IMG/VR virus record: IMGVR_UViG_3300046804_004738
Coordinates: 42,263 to 106,262 of that record
From: a virus
Reading direction: 5' to 3' (one strand)
Length of the DNA stretch: 64,000 nt
Of this stretch, positions 18,978-27,886 are shown one piece after another (positions within the stretch are counted from its first letter, which is position 1; each line of letters begins with the position of its first letter). Below the pieces are notes generated by a model. The model saw only the letters and a list, made by a program, of their open reading frames with translations. It was not told the DNA's origin and searched no databases. A program made the position numbers and the translations under genes.

Positions 18978-19006
18978 ATCATATGCCCAAACGGATTTAT
19001 TGTCAA
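18978..19006 (-). promoter_or_regulatory. sigma70-type early promoter
   Basis: TTGACA-ATAAATCCGTTTGGGCA-TATGAT. Confidence 0.85.
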
Positions 19007-19012
19007 CCGTTA

Positions 19013-19219
19013 TCATTTTGACAACACCTTAGCAAGATAGTTGTGGATTTCATCCATTTCTTCCTGCTCAACATAAAAGTCGGTTAGTGGATCCCAATAC
19101 TGACCTTGTTTTGGATCATAATACAGTACACGACCGTCTGAGTAGAAGAAAGGCCCCTCAAGTCCTTTACGGGGTTGAAATTTGTTGTCACGCTCACCAA
19201 GAACTTTATAGCCCATCAT
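19013..19219 (-). CDS. Hypothetical protein (YYDPKQGQYWDP motif)
   Basis: 68-aa ORF. Confidence 0.75.
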   Translation of the reverse strand: MMGYKVLGERDNKFQPRKGLEGPFFYSDGRVLYYDPKQGQYWDPLTDFYVEQEEMDEIHNYLAKVLSK

Positions 19220-19416
19220 TCAACTCCAAAATGTTTTAGTACATAAGTACCAGGTGTTTGATATTGGTGTGCATTTATTGATGCGATATCCGCACATTCT
19301 TTTACTATTAGTTTGGCGAACCTTAGTATAGCCTCTCTATTATACTCATCCATCTCATCCCAACAGCCTTGGGCTGTGAGTCCTGCTTCATACATAAGGT
19401 CGTCAAATATTGTCAT
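19216..19416 (-). CDS. Hypothetical phage protein
   Basis: FAKLIVKECA...LKHFGVE motif, common in phage small ORFs. Confidence 0.7.
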   Translation of the reverse strand: MTIFDDLMYEAGLTAQGCWDEMDEYNREAILRFAKLIVKECADIASINAHQYQTPGTYVLKHFGVE

Positions 19417-19844
19417 AGTTTTTGTTTTATATTTGCAATTACTTCCTCTGCTAAATCGGTAGTATCAACACTATCAGCAAAGGCTAATTGCATCATTTCA
19501 ATAAGGCTGCGGCAATCACGCTGGTCTTTAGCTGGAAGTGTTGAGATAAAACTTTCTACACCTTCCATTGTTTCAATAGCCCACATAATATCACATAGTG
19601 CCATTTGTTTTTCAGTCAAGCCTTCTAATTGAATAATCAACTTAAATCCCCCAATAGCAGTTACATAAAAAATCTGCTGTTTCGTTATCATACAAATAAC
19701 TTAAAGATTTCCATACAGAATCTTCAACATTATTGTACTCGCGGAAACCTGTGTAAAGGTTTTTAAAAAACATCTCATCACCACGGGCTTCGGTATATCG
19801 CTCGGCTCGTTTTAAGAATTCTAGTGTGTACATTTTTATTCCTC

Positions 19845-19985
19845 TTATACCATCTGTAAGGGGTTACGGCGACGCAAGTGTGCAAGTGCCTGCTCTTTAC
19901 TATCAAACCTTCCTGAGATCGGTGTTTGATGACGACCACGCACAATGTACCATCCGTTCAGTAATTTATTGAATACGACTTTCAT
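19845..19985 (-). CDS. 46-aa hypothetical protein (not in ORF track)
   Basis: Manual translation MKVVFNKLLNGWYIVRGRHQTPISGRFDSKEQALAHLRRRNPLQMV. It fills the gap between neighbours. Confidence 0.6.
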   Translation of the reverse strand: MKVVFNKLLNGWYIVRGRHQTPISGRFDSKEQALAHLRRRNPLQMV

Positions 19986-19987
19986 AA

Positions 19988-20260
19988 TTACATGCTCCAA
20001 TAAGATTCGCTCGACGGGCTGCAAAAGTAAGGAGTGTCATAACGCTCCTGAAACTCTTTACCGCCCATAAGATTTTTGCGGGTGACATAAGTTTCAAAAA
20101 CTTCAACAATAAAACCCAACTTACGCTTGCCTTCAGCAACCGCTTGAATGTAATCTTTAGTGCTAGGAGCAAAATCTTGTTTTGCATACAAGCGGCGACC
20201 TTCTTTGGTACGCTTGTCAGACTTGTAAATCTCAAGGGTATATTCAGTAAGCTTAGACAT
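19988..20260 (-). CDS. Hypothetical protein (DTPYFCSPSSESYWSM C-terminus)
   Basis: Start re-called to ATG 20260 after SD AAGGAG. Confidence 0.8.
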   Translation of the reverse strand: MSKLTEYTLEIYKSDKRTKEGRRLYAKQDFAPSTKDYIQAVAEGKRKLGFIVEVFETYVTRKNLMGGKEFQERYDTPYFCSPSSESYWSM

Positions 20261-20290
20261 TTGAATCTCCTTATCAGTGACTATAACGAT

Positions 20291-20319
20291 AGTATATCGC
20301 CAAACGGATTTATTGTCAA
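20291..20319 (-). promoter_or_regulatory. sigma70-type early promoter
   Basis: TTGACA-ATAAATCCGTTTGGCGA-TATACT. Confidence 0.9.
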
Positions 20320-20512
20320 ATTTCGGGCAAAGATTTTTTGTGTTTTTGTTGTCTTTTGTACAACATTTTGCTTTTGACAACTTTTGGTTTGAATGGGAGG
20401 TCGTTATCAAAAAGAACACGGTGTGCCCTAGTTTTGACGGGTGTTACAAAACTGATAATTTCTCTTTTCATGATAGTAAATTAGTAACAATATTTATTAT
20501 ACCATTATTGTA

Positions 20513-20881
20513 CTAGAATATGGAATTATTGTCAAATCTTACAATTTTGACAAGGGTATTATTTTTGTAGTAAAGCTTGCCTTTAAAATCAAAGTGTGCC
20601 TCACGTTCTATACCTTCCTCTGTTATAGTTTCCCTAACGTAATTAGGATAACCCCAAACGTTTGCTCTTTTGCATTCTTGTTCGGTCATCCCTAATTGTG
20701 GTTCAACTGCAACATAAGGAGAATTTTTTTTAATTTCTTCTATTTGTTTTTTTAATACATAACTTTCATATTGGTCATGTAAAATTAAACCAATTAAAAT
20801 CAAGGGAAAGATCCACATCCAATGCCAAAAAAATCCTAGAAAAAATCCTATAATTCCCGTAATTACTAAAAAACCTGCCAT
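20513..20881 (-). CDS. Membrane-anchored hypothetical protein
   Basis: N-terminal hydrophobic segment. Confidence 0.7.
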   Translation of the reverse strand: MAGFLVITGIIGFFLGFFWHWMWIFPLILIGLILHDQYESYVLKKQIEEIKKNSPYVAVEPQLGMTEQECKRANVWGYPNYVRETITEEGIEREAHFDFKGKLYYKNNTLVKIVRFDNNSIF

Positions 20882-21180
20882 TATAGTTCAAACTCAAATT
20901 CTTTTACACTTTTGATAATAAAACTACGCCACGCTTTGATATCAGTATCATATACTGCTATGTAATCTTTTTCTTTATTTTTTTCTCTTTTATCCTGAGT
21001 ACTCTCCAATAAAGGTATAACTTCAGGATTTAATGTACAATTCATTACACGTTCAGTACCGTCTTTTTTAGTAAAAGTTATTTTAACATTACGTTCCTGC
21101 AATAAAACTTTTATCCAATGATTAAATCTTTCCCAATCATTGTCATTCCAGTCTTTCGTAAGGTTTTTACTAGTTGTCAC
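20881..21180 (-). CDS. WYL_2/SH3-like phage protein
   Basis: ITFTKKDGTERVMNCTL...YDTDIKAWRSF motif. Confidence 0.7.
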   Translation of the reverse strand: MTTSKNLTKDWNDNDWERFNHWIKVLLQERNVKITFTKKDGTERVMNCTLNPEVIPLLESTQDKREKNKEKDYIAVYDTDIKAWRSFIIKSVKEFEFEL

Positions 21181-21488
21181 TGTTCGACTCCTAAAATTTC
21201 TGTCGCTTCATTAACCTTTACCATGTCATCAAAAAATCTATAGCCATCTTCAATTAATCTTCTTGTATAAAATTTATTAAAGAAAAAAGCCATCATAATT
21301 TGAACAGGTAACCATGTGAGTGTAATTACTCCAAACAACCATATTAAAAAATGCATCAGTGCTAATGAGTAATGTCCACGAAATACAGGAACCCAAAAGC
21401 CGAAAAACAAATAGGTCCAACTGAACCCATAAAAACCTCTTTTAATTATACCCGTTGTAGGGTGTCTCATTCTTATTGATTTTGCCAT
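21177..21488 (-). CDS. Small membrane protein
   Basis: GFSWTYLFFG..VPVFRG motif and hydrophobic helices. Confidence 0.7.
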   Translation of the reverse strand: MAKSIRMRHPTTGIIKRGFYGFSWTYLFFGFWVPVFRGHYSLALMHFLIWLFGVITLTWLPVQIMMAFFFNKFYTRRLIEDGYRFFDDMVKVNEATEILGVEQ

Positions 21489-21925
21489 TATTCTTTCATA
21501 GGAGTAAAAAATGCGTCCTTGATTTTTTCAGGTGTCCATGACTTTAAATAGTCATTGTCATCGTAACACAGTTTTATTGCATCTTCCTCTGAAACAACAC
21601 GGTGACTAGAAATTGTCTCGCCTAAATGTAACTGACTAAACTCTTTTGCTTCTTCCATAGTAACTGTATCAAGTGCCCATTCTGACTTTCCAACTGGTAC
21701 TTGCACACAATATCTATGCCTAAACATTTGAACAGTTTCAACCAAGACCCACTCTGTATTTACACTTTTTTCTACTTTTGATAGGATTACACTTCCGTTT
21801 TCTTTGATATCCCAATTTAGTTGGTCACCCTCTTTTAAATTAAGATCCTGAATAATTTCATCTGTTAATTGTATAGCAGGTTCACCATCTTCATTTAGAA
21901 AGACTTCCATTTGTCCGTATATCAT
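21488..21925 (-). CDS. Protein with N-terminal AbrB-like domain
   Basis: LTDEIIQDLNLKEGDQLNW pattern. Confidence 0.65.
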   Translation of the reverse strand: MIYGQMEVFLNEDGEPAIQLTDEIIQDLNLKEGDQLNWDIKENGSVILSKVEKSVNTEWVLVETVQMFRHRYCVQVPVGKSEWALDTVTMEEAKEFSQLHLGETISSHRVVSEEDAIKLCYDDNDYLKSWTPEKIKDAFFTPMKE

Positions 21926-22054
21926 TTTATATAACTCTCCGCATAGTGTAGGGCTAAATCATAGTTTTCAAAATTCGTAACAAAACTATGTCCCATATCA
22001 TTAGTTACAACAACAAAATATTTTTTGTCATTTTCCTTAAAAATAATACTTCTT

Positions 22055-22318
22055 TTAGTACTCGTCTGAAATATCTGTAGAGGTTTCATTATCTTCCAAC
22101 ATAGTTTGCCAATCTAAACCAACATAGTATTCAAGCATAATTTCCATTGCTTTTTTATATCTTTTATTGGCTTTCAAATCCTCTTTCTGATAAGCTTGTA
22201 GATTTGGCTTTTTGTCTTTCAAACGCTTAATGTCTTCCTTAAGGCTTTTATAGTCTTGAATCAAAACGTCACGAAAAATGCTGTCAACTGCATCACTGCT
22301 TAATTCAACCTTCATCAT
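22055..22318 (-). CDS. Hypothetical protein
   Basis: 87-aa ORF. Confidence 0.65.
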   Translation of the reverse strand: MMKVELSSDAVDSIFRDVLIQDYKSLKEDIKRLKDKKPNLQAYQKEDLKANKRYKKAMEIMLEYYVGLDWQTMLEDNETSTDISDEY

Positions 22319-22950
22319 TTGTTTTCCTTCCCTTCGTTTAACATCAACTGATCAAATTCATCCTTAAGTTCTTGTAGTGCAGCCTCCATATCTTTTAGGG
22401 ATGCTTCATCATCTTCTTCCTCTTCTTCCCATTTTTTACGCCATTCTTGATCTTCTTTTTCTTTCTGAATTCCATGCTCAGTTAATTCTACATCACTTTC
22501 ACAATAAGGGCAAATCTTTCGGGGATCCTCAATTTCATTACCCTCTTTATCTGTCCAACACCATTCTGCATCATAGCTCTGTCCGTTCCATTTACATTTT
22601 GTGCATTTGTGTGTTGGCTCTGGTGGAGGAGGTTCGTGATGCCAGCTATCTTCATCGCCGTATTCATAAGTTATTTCATAACCACCCTTACGGTCAGTCC
22701 ACCAATCATCATACTGACGATCCCATTCTAACTCAACATCATTATCCCATGCATCTTGAATTATAGAATCGATATCTGCTTCACCTTGTTCTACCTCTTG
22801 CCAAAGTTTTTCTAATTCATCTTCATCCATGTTTGGATAAATTTCTTCCAACATATCTTTGGTAAATTCAAGTGCAAATTGGCTATCAACTTGATGCCAT
22901 TCATGTTTAACTAATGTAACCATTTTTTCCTTAAGCAATAAACCATTCAT
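22315..22950 (-). CDS. Acidic protein with zinc ribbon
   Basis: CTKC...CPYC. The start may lie slightly downstream (MVTLVK). Confidence 0.7.
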   Translation of the reverse strand: MNGLLLKEKMVTLVKHEWHQVDSQFALEFTKDMLEEIYPNMDEDELEKLWQEVEQGEADIDSIIQDAWDNDVELEWDRQYDDWWTDRKGGYEITYEYGDEDSWHHEPPPPEPTHKCTKCKWNGQSYDAEWCWTDKEGNEIEDPRKICPYCESDVELTEHGIQKEKEDQEWRKKWEEEEEDDEASLKDMEAALQELKDEFDQLMLNEGKENK

Positions 22951-23242
22951 CCTGGTGTTCTGTCACAATTGTTTCTGAGCCATCATATTCATCAATACGA
23001 AACTTTGTGCCTTCGGGTATCCATTCTATACCTAATCCTACTACACCACCATAAAAATAATCTTTTCCGTAAAATTTTTCACAATGGGTTTTTATTGTTT
23101 CATGCGGCCAATCTAATTCAATCATCTTTACTACGTCTGGATCAAACAACAACTCTGGAACATGATGCCAGGTATACCAACCAGCACCAAATCCTGCTGA
23201 AACTAGAACAGCAACTTTTCCGTCCCTTACTAACTTATTCAT
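22931..23242 (-). CDS. Conserved phage hypothetical protein
   Basis: GFGAGWYTW...FRIDEYDGSE motif. Confidence 0.75.
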   Translation of the reverse strand: MNKLVRDGKVAVLVSAGFGAGWYTWHHVPELLFDPDVVKMIELDWPHETIKTHCEKFYGKDYFYGGVVGLGIEWIPEGTKFRIDEYDGSETIVTEHQDEWFIA

Positions 23243-23451
23243 TTTCTTGTTTCTTTTAATCTAGCACACTTTGCCTTAACTTCAATTGGTGTGCTTTCTA
23301 GTTTTTCAGCAAGGTCGCAATCATATGTCACACTATACTTTTCTATATCATTGAGCCTATGCCAACTATAAACACCAAAGCCGAAAAACATCAGCCACGA
23401 TATAATTAGGGCAATAGTAGTAAGGAACAACTGCATTTGTAATCTACGCAT
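23239..23451 (-). CDS. Small membrane protein
   Basis: Single TM segment. Confidence 0.6.
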   Translation of the reverse strand: MRRLQMQLFLTTIALIISWLMFFGFGVYSWHRLNDIEKYSVTYDCDLAEKLESTPIEVKAKCARLKETRK

Positions 23452-23471
23452 AATATTAGTATAACTTATTT

Positions 23472-23786
23472 TTATTTAAATGTATTCAGTTTTGGTGAAT
23501 ATTTTTTGATAAGTTCAACCTCACGCTGATGGGCAAATGATTTGCCACGTACAATTTCAACTACCCCATAATTAAAAACATCAGTACCATATTTGCGAAT
23601 GCTGTTATACAATGCCCAATCTTTGTTTTCTGCAAATGCACGTTGGACATGTTTGCGTATGCGTACATGTAGTGATTTTTTGACCGTACTATTCTTTTGT
23701 GTAATACCAATATACTGCTCATTTGTTGCAGTATTAGTAATTACATAAATGATATGATTACGATCTGATCGACGTTTCCTCAGCAT
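23472..23786 (-). CDS. GIY-YIG nuclease domain protein
   Basis: IIYVITN...YIGIT...R...E...N catalytic pattern. Confidence 0.8.
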   Translation of the reverse strand: MLRKRRSDRNHIIYVITNTATNEQYIGITQKNSTVKKSLHVRIRKHVQRAFAENKDWALYNSIRKYGTDVFNYGVVEIVRGKSFAHQREVELIKKYSPKLNTFK

Positions 23787-23792
23787 GCCATA

Positions 23793-23821
23793 ATTATAGC
23801 ACTAACTGGATTTATTGTCAA
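23793..23821 (-). promoter_or_regulatory. sigma70 promoter giving a probably leaderless GIY-YIG mRNA
   Basis: TTGACA-ATAAATCCAGTTAGTGC-TATAAT. The ATG begins 7 nt after the -10. Confidence 0.85.
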
Positions 23822-24269
23822 GTTTGGCTAAATGTTTCTCTTTTGCTAATAAAAGGCATTCTGTTAACAATGTGTCAACACGATTTTCTACATCTATTTC
23901 CCACGGGCAATTTTTGTAATCTTCATAACTCATTTCTTCTGGCAATTTATTTCCATAAGGAATGTTTCTCCAGTAGTAATGCCCACTTTTTATATCTAAC
24001 ATTCCAATATGCCTTTGGTGTATATGAATTAATTCATGTACAACGATTTTAGGGATCTGGTCTAAAGAAAGATTTATGTTTATTCCAAATCTATTTTTGA
24101 CACGCTGATCTATTCCACCATATACATTTTCTAAAAAAGGATATAAACAAACTTGTAGTTTATTTGGAAGCTGAATAAGGGAACCCAATGCAATAGCAAG
24201 CGATCTAATCATTTGCTCATGCACTGGGCTTTTAGGTGTATTTTGATAATAAAAACTTACTTCAATCAA
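23802..24269 (-). CDS. Putative zinc metallopeptidase (HExxH)
   Basis: VVHELIHIHQ...PWEIDV. Confidence 0.7.
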   Translation of the reverse strand: MIEVSFYYQNTPKSPVHEQMIRSLAIALGSLIQLPNKLQVCLYPFLENVYGGIDQRVKNRFGININLSLDQIPKIVVHELIHIHQRHIGMLDIKSGHYYWRNIPYGNKLPEEMSYEDYKNCPWEIDVENRVDTLLTECLLLAKEKHLAKLDNKSS

Positions 24270-24568
24270 TGTAAAGTCCTGCTATCAACAAAGTCATAAT
24301 ATTGATGTACTTGATCAATGATGTCATCTTTATTGTATCCCAACTGTGCTAGTAAAGGCAATATTTCGACCAACACACCAAATGTTGCAGTACCGTATAT
24401 ATAATATTCATCTTCATTACCAAAATCAAACTCATGTAGTAACGGCATAATTTGTTTTTCTATAAACTCACTTGCCATTACTCCACTTGTTTCATATTGC
24501 CAATCTTCATAAATTTCTTCTTCTAATTCTTCTTCTACCTCAGTTATTTTGCTCATGATTGGACTCAC
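24266..24568 (-). CDS. Acidic hypothetical protein
   Basis: 100-aa ORF. Confidence 0.6.
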   Translation of the reverse strand: MSPIMSKITEVEEELEEEIYEDWQYETSGVMASEFIEKQIMPLLHEFDFGNEDEYYIYGTATFGVLVEILPLLAQLGYNKDDIIDQVHQYYDFVDSRTLH

Positions 24569-24590
24569 TAGTTAAGCACTACACATTTAT

Positions 24591-25442
24591 TTATATCTGA
24601 ATACTTTTAAGACTTCTTTCAATTAGATGTTTTCGTTCCTGACTTGATCTTGCTCCTAATATAACTAAATTATATAGTTTATCTTGTTTACTTACAAGCA
24701 TAGTAATGCAAAATCCTGCTGCGTTTGTAAACCCGGTTTTTAGTGTTACTATACCCTCTTTACCAAAGAAATTAATAGTTGGTCTAGCAGTGATTGTAAA
24801 TGTTTTCTTACCTTTGGTTGCTTTAACTTTATAATCTTCACTTTGCGCAGCTTGCCTGACAATGCTAAATTGACTCACTGCATTTGTTAAAAAAATTATA
24901 TCTTTAGTAGAACTTACATTACCTGAATGTAATCCTGTTGGATCATAAAATACTGTACTTTCCATCAATAAATCTTTTGTATTTCTATTCATCTGTGCGA
25001 TAAACGCATCATATCCACCAACATAATTATCAGCCAATGTTTTTGCTGCTAAATTGTCGCTATGTATTAAAGAAAGCATAATTAAATCTTTTCTCGTTAA
25101 TTTCATACCTCTACTTAATCTTGTGTGATTAGATAAGGTACTAGTAACAGGAACAATTTCGTTAAGGTCTTGCTTAGCTGCCAAAACAGTATACACTGTC
25201 ATTAATTTGCTAATACTTGCAATGCTACCACGGTGTTCTGGCAACGTATTTTCTAAAATATTATTATCAGTGACATTAACCAACAATACATTAGGACTTG
25301 TTTGAATTATTGAACTTCTTTTTTTGTAATGTTTTGTGACCTGCTGTTTATTGTATCTTTTTGCTTTTTTAATTTTGTGTGGTTTAGCTTCCACACAAGT
25401 TGTTGCAAAAAATAATAGGGTCAATAATAGTAATTTCTTCAT
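24591..25442 (-). CDS. Peptidase S11 D-alanyl-D-alanine endo/carboxypeptidase (PBP7/PbpG-like)
   Basis: Signal peptide MKKLLLL plus SxxK (SISK), SxN (SDN) and KTG motifs. Confidence 0.9.
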   Translation of the reverse strand: MKKLLLLTLLFFATTCVEAKPHKIKKAKRYNKQQVTKHYKKRSSIIQTSPNVLLVNVTDNNILENTLPEHRGSIASISKLMTVYTVLAAKQDLNEIVPVTSTLSNHTRLSRGMKLTRKDLIMLSLIHSDNLAAKTLADNYVGGYDAFIAQMNRNTKDLLMESTVFYDPTGLHSGNVSSTKDIIFLTNAVSQFSIVRQAAQSEDYKVKATKGKKTFTITARPTINFFGKEGIVTLKTGFTNAAGFCITMLVSKQDKLYNLVILGARSSQERKHLIERSLKSIQI

Positions 25443-25519
25443 ATAGTATTTAACTCGTATGTTGCAGTGTACAATATACACAGTTAAAATACTAGTGATT
25501 AGGACTATAGAATATAGCC

Positions 25520-25546
25520 AAAAAAATAGACCCCTAAGGGTCTATT
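25520..25546 (-). terminator. Rho-independent terminator at the end of the tRNA-array transcript
   Basis: ATAGACCC-TTAG-GGGTCTAT followed by a T-tract on the minus strand. Confidence 0.8.
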
Positions 25547-26118
25547 TACATAACAGGACCGTTTCCGTTCCTAAATCCTACAGTACCGCCTTCTTCTTTA
25601 ATACGTTTAATAACTTCTTCAAACAATATAGGACGGTAGTCTGTGTGTTCTACACATACACAATGATATCTTGGATCAATTTCGTACTCGCCAAAAATTT
25701 CTGCTTTTACCCTATTATAGTGTAAATGTCCATGAATATTAGTACCAAAACGTCCTAAACTTTCTGAATGAACTGGAATGTGGCTCAATATCATTCCATT
25801 CATTACATGATATCCACGTACATCACGAAAATATTTTGTATATTCTTCAAGTTTAAAAATATCATGATTGCCTTTAATGAGGACCTTGTCTCCATTAAGC
25901 CGTTCAAGAATTTTTAGTGCTTTACGGTTAATCACAACATCACCGAGATGATATACTTTATCATTTGGTCTTACTGTTTCGTTCCAACGACGAACCATTT
26001 CTTCATCCATTTCTTCTGGATCATCCCATGGTCTTAATTTAGTACCATCATCACGCAGGAATTTACATACACCAGCGTGACCAAAGTGTGTATCAGAAAC
26101 TAAAAAATTTGCTGGCAT
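25546..26118 (-). CDS. Calcineurin-like metallophosphoesterase
   Basis: SDTHFGH, HLGD, GNHD and HGHLH motifs. Start re-called to 26118 because the longer ORF overlaps a tRNA. Confidence 0.9.
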   Translation of the reverse strand: MPANFLVSDTHFGHAGVCKFLRDDGTKLRPWDDPEEMDEEMVRRWNETVRPNDKVYHLGDVVINRKALKILERLNGDKVLIKGNHDIFKLEEYTKYFRDVRGYHVMNGMILSHIPVHSESLGRFGTNIHGHLHYNRVKAEIFGEYEIDPRYHCVCVEHTDYRPILFEEVIKRIKEEGGTVGFRNGNGPVM

Positions 26119-26135
26119 ATTTACCTTTCTATAAA

Positions 26136-26212
26136 TGGTCGGAGTACAAGGATTCGAACCTTGGACCCCCTGCTCCCAAAGCAGGTGCACTACCGGGCTG
26201 TGCTATACTCCG
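26136..26212 (-). tRNA. tRNA-Pro(UGG)
   Basis: Cloverleaf, CCTGC-TT TGG GA-GCAGG, CCA encoded. Confidence 0.93.
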
Positions 26213-26216
26213 AAAT

Positions 26217-26290
26217 TGGTTGCGGGACCCGGAATCGAACCAGGAACTGGAGCTTATGAGACTCCCGAGATGCCGTTTCTCTATCCCGCG
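26217..26290 (-). tRNA. tRNA-fMet(CAU), initiator type
   Basis: CAT anticodon, C1:A72 mismatch, CCA. Confidence 0.88.
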
Positions 26291-26296
26291 CTTGAA

Positions 26297-26569
26297 TTAA
26301 CCTGTTCTATGAATTATGTGATAACCAAAATTTGTTTGCACTGGCTCACTTAATTGCCCTATGTCTAATGCAAAAGCAGCCTCTTCAAATGGCTTTACCA
26401 TTTGCCCACGTGTAAAAGTGCCTAAGTCTCCGCCTTGTGATCCACTTGGACATGTTGAATTCGCTCTTGCAACATCTTCAAATTTTCTACCTGATATAAT
26501 ATCATTTCTTAAACCTGCAGCCCTTTCAAGGCTTTCTACTAAAATATGACTTGCACGTATAGTTTGCAT
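26297..26569 (-). CDS. ppiC: Parvulin peptidyl-prolyl isomerase
   Basis: ASHILV...STCPSGSQGGDLG.F..GQMVKPFE...TNFGYHII. Confidence 0.92.
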   Translation of the reverse strand: MQTIRASHILVESLERAAGLRNDIISGRKFEDVARANSTCPSGSQGGDLGTFTRGQMVKPFEEAAFALDIGQLSEPVQTNFGYHIIHRTG

Positions 26570-26593
26570 TTTATAATCCTTTAAAATTGTAAG

Positions 26594-26790
26594 GCTACTT
26601 ATTCCCATAAGCCCCTCACTGAGCGGTTACTCTGTCCACTACGTTTCTCTTATGGTAAGGTTGTAGTTCCGACCTACGATTTTTCTATCACCCATGTAAG
26701 CGGGCTTTGAGGCAGTTGATCGTAAGCGCCCTGACATTATGGTGAAGTCAATTACCCCCTTTAATAACGTAGCAGGGACTACGGGATACT
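26594..26790 (-). ncRNA. Candidate structured non-coding RNA (unassigned)
   Basis: About 200 nt, GC-richer than the flanks, no credible ORF, several hairpins. Strand uncertain. Confidence 0.45.
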
Positions 26791-26806
26791 TGTACTAAAT
26801 AACTAC

Positions 26807-27067
26807 ATGTTACAATACATTATAGCACTTACTGTTGCGCTTAATGCAAATGATTTGTCCATTCCAGAACTTGAAAAGTATTATTGGGATTGCGATACAC
26901 TATTTATGAAAAATGAAATGGGGCCTGATGTAATGAGTTGCCTCGCTATAACAGATGCATTCATCTTAAAAAAATTTAAAAACGACAATAAACAATTCAA
27001 AGAATATTGGAATAAAAATAAACACAAAGAATGGCAGAAACGCGGCTACATTCAAAAGACAACCTAA
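26807..27067 (+). CDS. Secreted hypothetical protein
   Basis: Signal-like N-terminus. TAAATA 5 nt upstream of the ATG. Confidence 0.65.
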   Translation: MLQYIIALTVALNANDLSIPELEKYYWDCDTLFMKNEMGPDVMSCLAITDAFILKKFKNDNKQFKEYWNKNKHKEWQKRGYIQKTT

Positions 27068-27068
27068 C

Positions 27069-27146
27069 TGGAGCAACGGGTCAGATTCGAACTGACGGTT
27101 TTAGGGTTTTGCAGACCCTTGCATTGGGCCTCTCTGCCACCGTTGC
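27069..27146 (-). tRNA. tRNA-Cys(GCA)
   Basis: AGGGT-CT GCA AA-ACCCT, U73, CCA. Confidence 0.92.
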
Positions 27147-27152
27147 ATTGTT

Positions 27153-27226
27153 TGGCGTCCCGGCAGGGATTCGAACCCCGACCAACGGTTTTGGAGACCG
27201 GTATGCTGCCGTTACACTACCGAGAC
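27153..27226 (-). tRNA. tRNA-Trp(CCA)
   Basis: CT CCA AA loop, cloverleaf, CCA. Confidence 0.92.
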
Positions 27227-27235
27227 ATTTATACA

Positions 27236-27439
27236 TTATTTAAGCTTTTTTAGATACTCTTTTGGACTTAGTAGTCCTTTTTCAATTTCTTCTAATGCAG
27301 TCATTGTTGTACCATTTTTTGTTACAATTTTTGGTGCATGTTTATTCTTTAGTTCACGTACTCTAGCACTTGCTATTAGAACTAAATTATAAATTCCTCC
27401 TACATTTTTTGCTGCTTTCTCACTAGTTTTATCACTCAT
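27236..27439 (-). CDS. rpoZ: RNA polymerase omega subunit-like protein
   Basis: AAKNVGGIYNLVLIASARVREL...TMTALEEIEKG matches the omega conserved blocks. Start re-called to ATG 27439. Confidence 0.8.
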   Translation of the reverse strand: MSDKTSEKAAKNVGGIYNLVLIASARVRELKNKHAPKIVTKNGTTMTALEEIEKGLLSPKEYLKKLK

Positions 27440-27453
27440 AACATTTCCTTTAT

Positions 27454-27528
27454 TGGTAGGAGATAACGGGGTCGAACCATTGACCTTCGCCTTGTAAGGG
27501 CGCTGCTCTACCACTGAGCTAATCTCCC
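27454..27528 (-). tRNA. tRNA-Val(UAC)
   Basis: CT TAC AA loop, CCA. Confidence 0.92.
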
Positions 27529-27537
27529 ACATACTTT

Positions 27538-27620
27538 TGGTGCGCATAGAGGGACTTGAACCCCCACCTCGTAAGACCAGAACCTAAATCTGGCGCGTCT
27601 GCCAATTTCGCCATATGCGC
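27538..27620 (-). tRNA. tRNA-Leu(UAG)
   Basis: CCAGA-TT TAG GT-TCTGG, long variable arm. Confidence 0.92.
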
Positions 27621-27628
27621 ATTATACT

Positions 27629-27714
27629 TGGTACCCGGAGCCGGACTCGAACCGGCACGCCCTATCGAGCATTGGATTTTAAGTCCAAGGTGTCTACCAT
27701 TCCACCACCCGGGC
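27629..27714 (-). tRNA. tRNA-Leu(UAA)
   Basis: TTGGA-CT TAA AA-TCCAA, long variable arm. Confidence 0.92.
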
Positions 27715-27723
27715 ATTAAAACT

Positions 27724-27797
27724 TGGAGCGGGGTAAGAGAATCGAACTCTCAGCTTTAGCTTGGAAGGCTAAGGTATTGCCATTATACGAACCCCGC
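27724..27797 (-). tRNA. tRNA-Gly(UCC)
   Basis: TTAGC-CT TCC AA-GCTAA. Confidence 0.92.
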
Positions 27798-27800
27798 ATT

Positions 27801-27877
27801 TGGTGCCTCCGACAGGACTCGAACCTGTAACCAACGGATTATGAGTCCGCTGCTCTGACCAATTGAGCTACAGAGGC
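27801..27877 (-). tRNA. tRNA-CAU (probably Ile2/lysidine, otherwise elongator Met)
   Basis: GCGGA-CT CAT AA-TCCGT. One of three CAU tRNAs. Confidence 0.85.
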
Positions 27878-27886
27878 AATTTAACT

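Noticed and set aside
17668-20319. CRISPR-like repeats
   Set aside because: The recurring ~29-bp units are more than 1 kb apart and are sigma70 promoters. No repeat-spacer array was seen.
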